DNA from: Calditrichaceae bacterium
GTDB lineage: Bacteria > Calditrichota > Calditrichia > Calditrichales > JBFXGD01
NCBI GenBank assembly: GCA_050173015.1
Contig: JBFXLE010000010.1
Span: 1 to 64,000 of the forward strand
Direction: 5' to 3'
DNA length: 64,000 nt
The translations under genes and the position numbers were made by a program. Below the pieces are notes generated by a model. That model had not been told where the DNA came from, searched no databases, and saw nothing but the letters and a program-made list of their open reading frames with translations. This document shows positions 1 to 10,638 of this stretch, piece by piece. Every line of letters starts with the position of its first letter. Within the stretch, counting starts at the first letter, position 1.

Positions 1-77
1 AAAGTATGACTCAGTTTATGGCAATAAATTTACGTAATATGAACTATCCCCTCAACAATAATCTGCAACAGCCTGAT

Positions 78-1450
78 GCATAAGGGAGGGGAAGGGCATG
101 ATTTATCAGGCCCGGGGTGGGTTAAGAAGTAGGAATTTAAGAGCGTTAAGAGAAAAGAGTTAAGAGTGAAGAGTGGGGAGCCAGGTGAAAAATTGGATCT
201 TTAATCCCGTAGGGATGTAATTATTGTAGAAAAACAAACCCCACAGCTGACCCTCCCCTCGATCCCCTCCCTTATGCATAAGGGATGGGAAGAGCATGAT
301 TTATCAGGCCCGGGGTGGGTTAAGAAGTAGGAATTTAAGAGCGTTAAGAGAAAAGCGTTAAGAGTGGGGAGCCAGGTGAAAAATTGGATCTTTAATCCCG
401 TAGGGATGTAATTATTATAGAAAAACAGACCCCGCAACTGACCCTCCCCTCGATCCCCTCCCTTATGCATAAGGGATGGGAAGGGCATGATTTATCAGGC
501 CCGGGGTGGGTTAAGAAGTAAGAATTTAAGAGCGTTAAGAGAAAAGAGTTAAGAGTTAAGAGTGGGAGCGAGCTAAGCGAAAACTGGATCTTTAATCCCG
601 TAGGGATGTAATTTTTGTAGAAAAAAAGACCCCACAGCATCCCGCGACCCCGTCGGGGTCGTACAATTACACCGGGAATCCCTGTTCTGCAAAAATGCGA
701 CACCTCCGGCGTCGGGTGGAATTTAAGATAAAAGAAGAAAATGGTCTGAACTTTGATTAAGATGATTAAATGATGAAGATGATTAAGAAACCGGAAATCA
801 GAGTTTTCAATTAATCAGGCGAATCATAGTTCAGACAAAAAGTAAGAAGTTAGAAGTAGGAAGTAAGAATTGAAGAGCGTTAAGAGAAAAGGGTTAAGAG
901 TTAAGTGTAGGGCGAGCCAGGCGAAAAATTGGATCTTTAATCCCGAAGGGATGTAATTATTGTAGAAAAGCCGACCCCGTAACTGACCCTCCCCTCGATC
1001 CCCTCCCTTATGCATAAGGGAGGGGAAGGGCATGATTTATCAGGCCCGGGGTGGGTTAAGAAGTAAGAATTTAAGAGCGTTAAGAGAAAAGAGTTAAGAG
1101 TTAAGAGTGGGAGCGAGCTAAGCGAAAACTGGATCTTTAATCCCGTAGGGATGTAATTTTTGTAGAAAAAAAGACCCCACAGCATCCCGCGACCCCGTCG
1201 GGGTCGTACAATTACACCGGGAATCCCTGTTCTGCAAAAATGCGACACCTCCGGCGTCGGGTGGAATTTAAGATAAAAGAAGAAAATGGTCTGAACTTTG
1301 ATTAAGATGATTAAATGATGAAGATGATTAAGAAACCGGAAATCAGAGTTTTCAATTAATCAGGCGAATCATAGTTCAGACAAAAAGTAAGAAGTTAGAA
1401 GTAGGAAGTAAGAAGGTTAAGAGAAAAGAGTGTAAGAGTTAAGAGTTGGG
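78..1450. repeat. Composite tandem repeat array of palindromic (REP-like) modules
   Basis: Module GCATAAGGGA(T)GGGAAG(G/A)GCATGATTTATCAGGCCCGGGGTGGGTTAAG starts at about 78, 277, 467 and 1012. About 390-870 is near-identical to about 935-1415 (period 545). Contains palindromes CCCCTCCCTTATGCATAAGGGAGGGG, ATCCCGTAGGGAT and GACCCCGTCGGGGTC. Confidence 0.9.
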
Positions 1451-1579
1451 GCGTCCCAAATTGGGCGCCCTTTTCATATGCGGGAAGTGGATAAGAAAAA
1501 AGAGTAAGAATGCTCTGTTTCCCACTTAGCAAAGGGGGACTAAGGGGGTTGTTTTTACGCGGCATGCAAGATTGCATCC

Positions 1580-1828
1580 TCACTTCTGCCAGTAACCAAA
1601 CTCCGGCGCGTAGCAGGTGCCGTCTAAATCGTGGACTTTTTCAAGCATATGATCGCGGGCGTCGGCTATGGCCTTATTATAGACGGAGGGGCCGATCTCC
1701 TTTATACAAAAATCTAGAAATAGCGATGCCTTCAAATCCCCTATTTCCTGATCCATATTTTCTTCAAAATATCTTTTTATGGATTCGATTAATCGTTTTT
1801 CCGCCTCAGGTGACAGTTTGATTTCCAT
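1580..1828 (-). CDS. DUF2164 family protein
   Basis: SIKRYFEENMDQEIGDLKASLFLDF...IGPSVYNKAIADA matches the DUF2164 pattern; ATG at 1828 is the likely start (ORF track extends to 1861). Confidence 0.8.
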   Translation of the reverse strand: MEIKLSPEAEKRLIESIKRYFEENMDQEIGDLKASLFLDFCIKEIGPSVYNKAIADARDHMLEKVHDLDGTCYAPEFGYWQK

Positions 1829-2254
1829 GCGATTTCCTTCGTTTTTTTTCGTATCAACCAATTAATCTTGTTTAACTAAATAGCAACCGTTTCCATCCCG
1901 GCTGAATTTAATATATAAGAAACTATAAAATTCCGGCCTAATAATTTTAATATTTTTTTGGAAATTTATCTGTGAGTGTTTCTGTTAACAGACTTATAGA
2001 ATCAAAATTTCCGAATTTAATCTCAACTTGGTAGTCTTCTTCATTTTAATATGGTTTGTATTCTAAAAGCTTCATCCCTCCTCCCCAAATGACCGGATTC
2101 GTTTTTATGCAAGGACGCCAATTCCAAGCAATCGGTTTATTTTGCTTTAGGAAGAACGCTCATGAGTATTATCAATCATAGCCGAAGTCCTCCTGACCCG
2201 CTTGTGAACTTACTTAAAATAATTAACTCATTTTATATTTGGGGGGATTTAATC

Positions 2255-2830
2255 ATGGGAACAAATAAATTTAGATTTATGAAATATTTTTCCGTTACCG
2301 CCACATTTTTTCTGATGCTGATGTTCGCGGCAAGCTGTAATCAGGGGGATGAACCCACTTCCGCGCTAAACAACGCTCCGGATAACAATGACATGCAGGC
2401 GCTGGCCAAAAACAACGTGATTCACCATGTGTCTCTGGGCGGGGCGGATATTTGTGAGGCGCTGGGTCTGCCCACCGGTTGCGACGCGAATTTTTCACTG
2501 GTGGCAAATATGAAGGCTGACGGAAGCGTATCGGGGCAATGGCAGGATACCTTCGCGGGAGGAAAAGAGGGCATCCACGTTTCTGTTGACTGTATGAAAA
2601 TTGTTGGTAACGGAGCTGTTATTAGCGGCATAATTACTAAGGGAATCTCCGGTGGTGTTGATGTCAGCGGACAGCGGGCGGTGACCGCTGTGGTGGATAA
2701 CGGCACATCGGCCAATGATCCGCCGGATCAGCTCAGTTTTTCGTTTTTCCCCGCGCCTGATTGCAGTAATTTAGTTCCTTCAGACTTCCCGCTTTTTGAT
2801 CTGACCCACGGCCAGGTGAAAGTAAAGTAA
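2255..2830 (+). CDS. Hypothetical lipoprotein
   Basis: GGGGGGA RBS before ATG 2255; lipobox-like FAASC; followed by a terminator. Confidence 0.75.
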   Translation: MGTNKFRFMKYFSVTATFFLMLMFAASCNQGDEPTSALNNAPDNNDMQALAKNNVIHHVSLGGADICEALGLPTGCDANFSLVANMKADGSVSGQWQDTFAGGKEGIHVSVDCMKIVGNGAVISGIITKGISGGVDVSGQRAVTAVVDNGTSANDPPDQLSFSFFPAPDCSNLVPSDFPLFDLTHGQVKVK

Positions 2831-2890
2831 GGATATATAAAACGGGGGGGGATTACACTTGATTGTATATAATAATTTGGTGTAATTGAC

Positions 2891-2923
2891 ACCGGACAGG
2901 CTTGAAAACCTGTCCGGTTTTTT
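2891..2923 (+). terminator. Rho-independent terminator
   Basis: Stem ACCGGACAGG/CCTGTCCGGT followed by a T tract. Confidence 0.8.
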
Positions 2924-2953
2924 ATTGTTAAACAAATGATTGTAGAAATCAGT

Positions 2954-2991
2954 AAAATAAAAGGCTGTCCCAACACCCGCCGGGACAGCCT
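2954..2991 (-). terminator. Rho-independent terminator
   Basis: Stem AGGCTGTCCC/GGGACAGCCT with T-rich tail on the - strand, just after the stop at 3000. Confidence 0.75.
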
Positions 2992-2999
2992 CTTTCAAG

Positions 3000-3641
3000 T
3001 TAATCTTCCGGACTGTAAGGTGTCATTCCATTCGGAATAAATTCGAAATCGATTCCCGGATTTACATCATGACTGAGCGCTGGCGCAGGACCTCCATCCA
3101 GTGTAAATGACATCAAAGCCACATGCTGTAGCCAGACGATTTTTGTCGGATGCAGCGCCCCGTCAGATACGCGAACAAGTTCATGATAATGCACAAATCC
3201 GGACCTGGCATAGAACTTCGCTTTATGAACAGACCAAGTATCTATCACCGCGTTGACAGCGTAGAGCAACGCACCGTCCGGCGCGTCAGATGCCCACCAT
3301 CTTGGTGAGCCAAAAGGTCCCGTGTTAAAATGCCTTCCCAACAGCTTGTTTTTCCCAATCATTTTCCAATAATGCCCCGGGATATCAGTCGCGCCGTTTG
3401 GCCCGTCCGGAGCTCCGGCGAAATAATAATCATCGCCATCGACCCTGACGATTAAGGCGTGCTCGAAACCAATTTTCAGAACCCCCGCCGGATCGCTCTG
3501 AACGGTGGCGGATTCTGACAACACACCTGAATCATGATGAAGGTTGTTCGCGTTTGTAGCGAGATCACTTTCCTGACAGGCAATAAAGACAGCCAGCCCC
3601 ATCATGACCTGACCCACGCGTTTAAAAATGGTTAGTAACAT
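3000..3641 (-). CDS. Hypothetical His-rich lipoprotein
   Basis: GGGGGGAG RBS; lipobox-like FIAC; motifs PGHYW and FVHYHEL. Confidence 0.75.
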   Translation of the reverse strand: MLLTIFKRVGQVMMGLAVFIACQESDLATNANNLHHDSGVLSESATVQSDPAGVLKIGFEHALIVRVDGDDYYFAGAPDGPNGATDIPGHYWKMIGKNKLLGRHFNTGPFGSPRWWASDAPDGALLYAVNAVIDTWSVHKAKFYARSGFVHYHELVRVSDGALHPTKIVWLQHVALMSFTLDGGPAPALSHDVNPGIDFEFIPNGMTPYSPED

Positions 3642-3827
3642 AGCTCCCCCCTATGGTTACTGGTTGGATGGTTTGAGTGATTATCTGTGAATGATAACCA
3701 TATATGCTATAACCGCCATATTTTTGTATCTATTTCAGTAAGAAAATTTATGCTGAGAATTACAACAGATGTTTTTCACAGGGGTGATTTTGAGTCCAAC
3801 GAATATATTCCGCTCATCCCGGCCCGA

Positions 3828-4469
3828 TTATTTCTTCAGCACTTTAAAGGCGTGGGTCCAGCGATTCTCACGAAAACCGGGGATACACCAGAGAATACAT
3901 AGCGATTCAATAGCCCGCGCCGCTTCGGCCATCCCCAGATCTTCAACATCCCAACCAAATTGGTCTACTATTTTCTTCACATCGGCTCTGGCGGTTTCGC
4001 TGTTCCCGCAAATAAACATGGTCGGTCTGGATTCATAATCGGGATTCACCATCAAATGAGCGCCCACGCTGTTAAAGACTTTAACAAAATTTGCATCGGG
4101 AACCGCCTTCTGAAGCCGTTCCATCAAGGATTCATCCGCTTTGGTAAAAAAACTGATGACACCGTTTACGGGTTCGGTATCCGCTATGGGATTGGTGGTG
4201 TCTAAAACCGTTTTTCCCGCAAAATTCCCGGTTCCCGCCAGTTTTATGGCTTGTTCGGCGGCTGTTCCTTTGGTCGCGAGAACCAAAGCGTCACCAAACG
4301 CGGCGGTTTCGGCAAAATCCCCGACACGTAATTTCGCGCTGATCTCCGTTTTCCAGGCTTCCAGCTTTTTGGGTTGACGCGAACCGGCCATCACCTCATA
4401 TCCGTGATGGATAAATCCGGTAGTCAGGGCTTTGCCCACTACGCCTGATCCAATGATACCTATCTTCAT
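3828..4469 (-). CDS. NADPH-dependent F420 reductase-like NAD(P)-binding oxidoreductase
   Basis: N-terminal GSGVVG Rossmann motif, DTTNP and VKVFN, typical of the F420_oxidored family. Confidence 0.88.
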   Translation of the reverse strand: MKIGIIGSGVVGKALTTGFIHHGYEVMAGSRQPKKLEAWKTEISAKLRVGDFAETAAFGDALVLATKGTAAEQAIKLAGTGNFAGKTVLDTTNPIADTEPVNGVISFFTKADESLMERLQKAVPDANFVKVFNSVGAHLMVNPDYESRPTMFICGNSETARADVKKIVDQFGWDVEDLGMAEAARAIESLCILWCIPGFRENRWTHAFKVLKK

Positions 4470-4503
4470 AATTGTTTACCTCATTATGATTGTTGCAAAA
4501 AAT

Positions 4504-4956
4504 TCATTTCTTCTGAACCGGTTTTGCCGACGCGCCGATCAAACCCATTTTCACCTCTCTGCTGGCCGGAAGCCTAATCGCGGCCAATAGCAATTTCCTG
4601 ATTGCCTCGTGTCGAATATCATTGATACTTTTAATATTCACATATCTCACCTGCCTGCCGGTTCCTTCGAGCAGGCTGTCGGGATCGGGCAGAAGAGCGC
4701 CAAACTCAAAACCAAGCTTGACACGGTCTTTTCGCGGAAAAATTCCGCAGAAATAGCCGCTCTCCGGGTGGCGGTAACCGATGCCATGCCAGACGGGATA
4801 AGCAACTTCCATGGCGGATGGGACTATCTTAATTATCATTTTTCGCATGGATTCCGCGAGCGCGCGGACTTCCGGCGAATGTTCCGCCAGAATGTCCTCG
4901 GGCCTGATGGTTTGTTTACCGTTATGTTTACTTCGATTTTTCATGAGCGTATCCAA
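4504..4956 (-). CDS. DUF1801 (YdhG-like) protein
   Basis: LGFEFGALLPDPDSLLEGTGRQVRYV motif. Confidence 0.82.
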   Translation of the reverse strand: MDTLMKNRSKHNGKQTIRPEDILAEHSPEVRALAESMRKMIIKIVPSAMEVAYPVWHGIGYRHPESGYFCGIFPRKDRVKLGFEFGALLPDPDSLLEGTGRQVRYVNIKSINDIRHEAIRKLLLAAIRLPASREVKMGLIGASAKPVQKK

Positions 4957-5028
4957 CCAACGTCAAACGAAACTCTCTGATTATTCTTTCTGTCAGCCGG
5001 TCCATCCGCTCAAAACGCGGCCAACTTA

Positions 5029-5526
5029 TCATTTAGCCGGAGCAAAATTGGCGTGTACCAGCATCCATTTGCCCATCTTTTTCGCGTAAACACGGGTCGA
5101 TTTTGCCAGGACGGTTTCTACCTCACCTTCATCGTTTTTTAACATACCCACATAATTATAGGTGAGAATCGCCACATCGCCATAGACCTGTACCTTCTCA
5201 TTGAGCATCTCGGCCGCCAAAAACTCACCGCTGCCGGAGGCCATGGCATCACTCAACCTGCCGTTCAGGGCCTTACCATCCAACCGGACCGGCGCTTCCG
5301 GATTAAACTCCGTGTATTCATCCGCGACGGTGCTCATCCATACGGAGGCGGGTTTCTTTTCCATTTGCGCCGCCCATTGGGCCTTGGTTATGGCGATCAC
5401 TTCCATCGCGGCCTGATCGTTGGTTTGCGCGGACAGCGGCGGCAGGCTGAATAATAACACAAACGCGAATGTAATGCTCAATTTGAACGCGATCATTCCT
5501 GACGCGTCCTTATGAAAATTTCTCAT
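5029..5526 (-). CDS. Secreted NTF2/SnoaL-like (DUF4440) protein
   Basis: Signal peptide; KVQVYGDVAILTY...STRVYAKKMGKWMLVHAN. Confidence 0.82.
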   Translation of the reverse strand: MRNFHKDASGMIAFKLSITFAFVLLFSLPPLSAQTNDQAAMEVIAITKAQWAAQMEKKPASVWMSTVADEYTEFNPEAPVRLDGKALNGRLSDAMASGSGEFLAAEMLNEKVQVYGDVAILTYNYVGMLKNDEGEVETVLAKSTRVYAKKMGKWMLVHANFAPAK

Positions 5527-5729
5527 CAGACATCCCCCCTGTTTTGTTTATGTAAAGCGTAATTATTAAAATTGTCAGCCGCGCCAGCGGCTATTCGGAA
5601 GTTGCATTTTGTGAACAAAAAATAATCGGGACACTATTTTGTGGATTTGCGGGCGCGATACATCATTTATAGGTATATAAGCGAATTCAGTTGCATTAAT
5701 ATTCCATGATGATATAATCCTGTTCGTTT

Positions 5730-6025
5730 ATCGCGAAGGGCTCCCCGGTTGTCGCGGTACACTCCCCACTTGAAAAAATATATTCCCCAGTCGTTGCGGA
5801 ACTTTCCCCAGTTGTACCGGAACTCTCCCCACCTGTCGCGGAACTCTCCCCACTTGTCCCGGAACCCTCCCCACTTATCGGGAGACTTTCCCCAGTTGTC
5901 CCGGAACTCTCCCCACTTATCGGGAGACTTTCCCCAGTTGTCGAAATGGACCGCCGGGTTGTCGCGGAGAGCTGCCCGGTTCACTTGGAGAACTGCCCGA
6001 ATCACTTGAAAGAGTGCCGGGTTGA
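5730..6025. repeat. Degenerate 21-bp tandem repeat (about 14 units)
   Basis: Units such as GTCGCGGAACTCTCCCCACTT and ATCGGGAGACTTTCCCCAGTT at a 21-bp period. Confidence 0.85.
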
Positions 6026-6272
6026 CGGGGAAGGGGATCTGATTTGAGGAAGAAAATTGAGTATGGCAGGATTTAAACTAGCTTTTTGAGGAGATGATTA
6101 AATTAGGATCGAAGTGTGGAAAATAATTTCTGAGTTTTTCATAGGTTAACAATTCTTGTCTGGACTGTGATTTGTGTGATTAAATGATTTTATGATTTGA
6201 AATCATCGTCCACTTTTTTAATCATATTGGCTTAATAGGTATGATTATACCAACTTTTGCCAAAATTCATGA

Positions 6273-9251
6273 TTAATAATATTCTTTGATATATTCATAG
6301 GCTCTTGAAAACAAGTCTTCCGCTTTATGAAGTTGGTATTTTAGCAATGTTTGACGCAGCGATTTCTGAACTTCACGCTCGCCGGTTATTGTGTTTTGCC
6401 ATCCGTCAAAACGAACAATCTTAACAATTTCATCAATATCATTTACGATACGTTCCACAATAGCAGGCGTTTTGGCGGTCTTCATTTCCAGGAAAAGTTC
6501 GGTCAACGCCGATTTTGCGGATTTTTGTTCTTCAATTGTTACTATTTCACGTTCAGCCTGTAATGTTTCTTTGGCTATTTCACAAAGTTTTTTAATAAAT
6601 TCAATGCTGGTTATCAATCCTTGTTCGGCTTTTATTTTTAATTCTTCCAGTCGCGCGCTCAGGGCTTTAAACTTTGGAATATCCGCGTGTTTGCCTATAC
6701 GGGTGATTAAAATTTTTAATACTTTAGCCGCCTGATTTTTATCCTTTCGATGCATCAAATCATCAATCACTTCCGCGTCTAAAATCATTTCTTCCATTTC
6801 CTGATTGATGCCGCTAACATGAACATGCTCATGAATAAGTTTTGTTGTTTGAGCGCCCAGGGCATGCCATAACAATCGACCGGTATCATCAGAAGTTGGT
6901 TTTACGGAAGCGTAAACCTGTGAAAGCCATTTATAATCCTTTCGATATTTATTTAAGATTTTATCCGGTGACAGCGCTTCCCATATTTTAGTCAGACCGC
7001 TAAAATCCCGGGCAAAATTATCCCGTTTTTCATTGGTGTTAATACAATCCTGCGCGGCCTGCAATCCTTCAAATCCCTCCATATTCCGATCAACGCCGGG
7101 AAAATGAACCAGACATTTTTGGATTTGTCGCGGTAATTTATCACGTAGTTCCTGAAGATTTGTAATGACTTGCTTTACAGTTGCTTCATCAAATGCCAAT
7201 GCTCTGGCGGTATCATCAAAAACACCAAAGTAATCCACAATCCGGCCAAATGTTTTATTTGGAAAAAGACGATTGGTCCGGCAAATTGCCTGTAAAAGTG
7301 TATGATCTTTGAGCGACTTATCCAAATACATGGTTTGTAAAACCGGCGCGTCAAAACCGGTTAGAAGTTTGGCGGTGACAATTAGAAATTTAAGATTGGA
7401 TCGCGGATCATTAAATTCTTCGACCACTTTTTCCTGCTGATCTTTATCCAGCCCCCATTTTTGTTTGAATTCCAAATCGTCGTTTGCCGCCGTGCTTATC
7501 ACGACCTTACTTGATTCAGCCGGAAACAATTTATCAAGTTCTTCTTTGTACTGAATACAGGCATGACGATCCGGTGTTACGATCATCGCTTTAAAACCCG
7601 CCGGCTCAACGTGTAATTTGAAATGTTCAAATATATCGGCGACAATGGATTTTACCCGTTCAGGCGATTTTAAAAACACAGCCATTTTTGCCGCTTTTTG
7701 GCTTAACTTAGCGCGGTCATCTTCGGATAAATCATTCGTCAATTCCTTGAAAGCGATGTCCAGTTCATCTTTATCGATGTGGTAGTCCGGTAATCTTGGC
7801 TCAAAGTGCAAAGGCAGCGTTGCCTGGTCACGGATGCTTTCCTGAAAAGTGTAACGGCTGAGATATCCGCTTTCATCTTCAAACGCGCCAAAAGCCCAGA
7901 ACGTATTTTTATCGGCTTTGTTAATGGGGGTTCCGGTCAATCCAAATAAAAAGGCATTGGGCAGAGCAGCCCGCATTCGCTGTCCCAAATTGCCTTCCTG
8001 GGTGCGGTGGGCTTCATCAACCAGCACGATGATGTTTTCACGTTTATTCATATCCGTATAAGCATCACGGAATTTATGAATCATGGTAATAATAATTTTG
8101 CGGCTGTCTTTTTCCAGCAGATCATGAAGCTCTTTGATGTTATCCGTGGTGATCATGTTGGATACTTCGGCAGAATTAAAGGTGGCGGTGATCTGCGTAT
8201 CCAGATCGATACGATCCACAACGATTAAAACCGTTGGATTGCCCAATTCCTGCTGTCTGCGCAATTTCTGAGCGGCGAAAAGCATCAAAAGCGATTTTCC
8301 CGAACCCTGAAAATGCCAGATCAACCCTTTTTTTATCTTCCCTTCGATCACCCGGTTTACAATAGCGTTTGCGCCCTCATACTGCTGATAACGGCAAATC
8401 ACTTTTATTTTCTTCTTCGCGCCGCTTGTGGCGTAGATGGAATAATACTGTAAAATATCGAGAAGCGTGGCAGGTTTTAACAGGTGCGTCAATTGTTTTG
8501 CTACATTCTGCAAACCGGCAAACTGAACCAATTCATCCTTATCTTCTTCAACACGCCAGGGCGACCACAATTCCAAAGGCGCGCGTACCGCGCCGATATA
8601 AAGTTCTTTACCTTCGGAGGCGAAAGAGAGAATATTGGGCACGAATAGTTGAGAAATGGAATTCTCATAAATATGATGAATCTCATGAGCGCCATCCACC
8701 CAACTTACCGCGGGGCGGACCGGTGTTTTCAACTCGGCAACCACCACCGGGATACCATTTATAAACATGACAATATCGGGAATTTTAGTTTCACGGGCGT
8801 GGACTTTGAGTTGATTGGTTAAGAGATAACTGTTGTTTGTGGTATTTTCAAAATCAATAAGTTTAACATTCACATGTTCGCCTTTGGGACCGAAGGGCAT
8901 GGTAATTTCATTGCGCAGCCATTTGGCGAATTCTTCATTGGCGCGCACCAGGCCGACGTTGGAAACGGTAATTAAAATAGCGCGCAGTTTATGAATCACT
9001 TCATCGGCGAAATCAGGATGGCGGTTTATATCGGGGTTCAGACGGCAAAGTGATTCCTTTAATTCGTTTTCCAATAAAACACTTGTGGTTTCACGATTCA
9101 GAAGTTCGCTCTGGATGTATTTCCAGGGGAATACTCCAAAATTTTCTGACGGTTGCCGAACCACATTGCCGGATTCAATTTTATTAAGATTAATACCGGT
9201 AAGCCGTTCGATGAAAAAATGTTCCACACTATTAAGTTCGTTGAATGTCAT
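6273..9251 (-). CDS. hsdR: Type I restriction endonuclease subunit R
   Basis: PDIVMFINGIP...ELK nuclease motif, WHFQGSGKS Walker A, DEAH, LTGTP, LLTGFDAP, QAICRTNR. Confidence 0.96.
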   Translation of the reverse strand: MTFNELNSVEHFFIERLTGINLNKIESGNVVRQPSENFGVFPWKYIQSELLNRETTSVLLENELKESLCRLNPDINRHPDFADEVIHKLRAILITVSNVGLVRANEEFAKWLRNEITMPFGPKGEHVNVKLIDFENTTNNSYLLTNQLKVHARETKIPDIVMFINGIPVVVAELKTPVRPAVSWVDGAHEIHHIYENSISQLFVPNILSFASEGKELYIGAVRAPLELWSPWRVEEDKDELVQFAGLQNVAKQLTHLLKPATLLDILQYYSIYATSGAKKKIKVICRYQQYEGANAIVNRVIEGKIKKGLIWHFQGSGKSLLMLFAAQKLRRQQELGNPTVLIVVDRIDLDTQITATFNSAEVSNMITTDNIKELHDLLEKDSRKIIITMIHKFRDAYTDMNKRENIIVLVDEAHRTQEGNLGQRMRAALPNAFLFGLTGTPINKADKNTFWAFGAFEDESGYLSRYTFQESIRDQATLPLHFEPRLPDYHIDKDELDIAFKELTNDLSEDDRAKLSQKAAKMAVFLKSPERVKSIVADIFEHFKLHVEPAGFKAMIVTPDRHACIQYKEELDKLFPAESSKVVISTAANDDLEFKQKWGLDKDQQEKVVEEFNDPRSNLKFLIVTAKLLTGFDAPVLQTMYLDKSLKDHTLLQAICRTNRLFPNKTFGRIVDYFGVFDDTARALAFDEATVKQVITNLQELRDKLPRQIQKCLVHFPGVDRNMEGFEGLQAAQDCINTNEKRDNFARDFSGLTKIWEALSPDKILNKYRKDYKWLSQVYASVKPTSDDTGRLLWHALGAQTTKLIHEHVHVSGINQEMEEMILDAEVIDDLMHRKDKNQAAKVLKILITRIGKHADIPKFKALSARLEELKIKAEQGLITSIEFIKKLCEIAKETLQAEREIVTIEEQKSAKSALTELFLEMKTAKTPAIVERIVNDIDEIVKIVRFDGWQNTITGEREVQKSLRQTLLKYQLHKAEDLFSRAYEYIKEYY

Positions 9252-9255
9252 CTTT

Positions 9256-10296
9256 TTACTTTTTCTTTTTAGGCGGTTTCTTTTTTTGTTGTTCTAATTT
9301 TTTAACTGTGTTATTTAAATCGCTAATATGCCTGTCATTTTCTTCTATGCGCTTTAGGTTAAATTTTTCGTATTCACCTTCCGCTTTTGCCGTAGCCAAT
9401 TCATGAGAAATAGTCCCGGCATGAGTCAGAATATTGCGTTCATTAAACTGTAAAAAGGAATCCAGTTTTTCCCGCCAGTCGCGCATAAACACTTGTTTGT
9501 GTCTTTTCGCCTGATCTTCGGCAAAATCCAGATACATGGATACAACGCGATTTAAAGCGTCCAGTTCTTCTACATTTAAATAATTCTTGGCGATGGCAAC
9601 GTCGCCTTTACGCACCTTTTCACCTTTCCAGGAAGTTAATCCCATATTGGGTTTTGAAGCGTCAGCTCGCCCGGCGATAAGTTCCGCGGCGGTTTGACCG
9701 GAGATGGCAAAGTGCAGCTTGTTTTGAACCGTTTTGAAAAAATCGATGGTCTCTTCCGCTTTGGGATCGTAATCCACAGCGAGTTTATAAATCTCTTTAA
9801 TTTTATAATAAAAACGCTGTTCGCTGGAACGAATATCGCGGATACGTTCCAGCATTTCATCGAAATAATCGGAACCGATATTTCGCACATTTTTCAGGCG
9901 TTCATCATCCATGGCAAATCCCTTTACCACATATTCATTTAAGCGTTCAGTCGCCCAGCGCCTGAATTGTGTTCCCCGATGCGAACGAACTCGATAACCG
10001 ACAGAGATAATTACTTCCAAATTATAAAATTTTCGCGACCGCCCGATTTTTCTTTTACCTTCAATTTGAACTTGTAAGAATTCCTTACAAGTTGCAGATT
10101 CATCCAATTCACCTTCAGAAAAAATATTGTTGATATGCATGGTGATGTTTTGCGGTGTTGATTGGAAGAGTTCCGCCATTAATTTTTGCGTGAGCCATAC
10201 AGTTTCATCCTGAAGCCGCACTTCGATTTTTGTTTGCCCCGCTTCGGTTTGGTAGATGATGATTTGTGAATCGGGTTTCTGTGGTTTGTTTTCCAT
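9256..10296 (-). CDS. rhuM: RhuM family (virulence RhuM / DNA-binding) protein
   Basis: ETVWLTQKLMAELF, YNLEVIISVGYRVRSHRGTQFRRWAT, ERIRDIRSSE, KPNMGLTSW. Confidence 0.92.
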   Translation of the reverse strand: MENKPQKPDSQIIIYQTEAGQTKIEVRLQDETVWLTQKLMAELFQSTPQNITMHINNIFSEGELDESATCKEFLQVQIEGKRKIGRSRKFYNLEVIISVGYRVRSHRGTQFRRWATERLNEYVVKGFAMDDERLKNVRNIGSDYFDEMLERIRDIRSSEQRFYYKIKEIYKLAVDYDPKAEETIDFFKTVQNKLHFAISGQTAAELIAGRADASKPNMGLTSWKGEKVRKGDVAIAKNYLNVEELDALNRVVSMYLDFAEDQAKRHKQVFMRDWREKLDSFLQFNERNILTHAGTISHELATAKAEGEYEKFNLKRIEENDRHISDLNNTVKKLEQQKKKPPKKKK

Positions 10297-10299
10297 TTT

Positions 10300-10635
10300 T
10301 CTACTGAGGTTTGTAAAACATTCAATAAAGTAATAAGGTTTGAGATGTGTTGCTGTTCATATGCTACTAAGGTTTAAAAACCAAAAATAAGGTTCAAAAA
10401 ATCAGCCATGGTCATGTTAAAACCTTATTTTAATCTTTTAACCTTAGTAGATGATTTTTTCCCCTTCAATTAATAAGGTTTGGGGTTATGTGTTTTTTTG
10501 ACTACTAAGGTTTGGAAAAACAAAATAAGGTTTAAAACCGTTCAACTTTCTTTCTTATAATCCTTATTTTAATCTTTTTACCTTAGTAGAACTTTGAATT
10601 TCAACATTCTTTTTAACCTTATTACCTTAGTTTAT
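10300..10635. repeat. REP-like inverted-repeat cluster (downstream flank of Y1 transposase)
   Basis: CTACTAAGG...AAATAAGG...CCTTATTTT...CCTTAGTAG hairpins at about 10364-10450 and 10503-10589. Confidence 0.8.
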
Positions 10636-10638
10636 ATC

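Noticed and set aside
1-83. 3' end of a + strand CDS entering the window
   Set aside because: An open frame ends at TAA near 83, but it is too short to support any call.
201-1583. Short - strand ORFs in the 5' repeat array
   Set aside because: They are translations of repeated palindromic modules with no RBS or recognisable domain.
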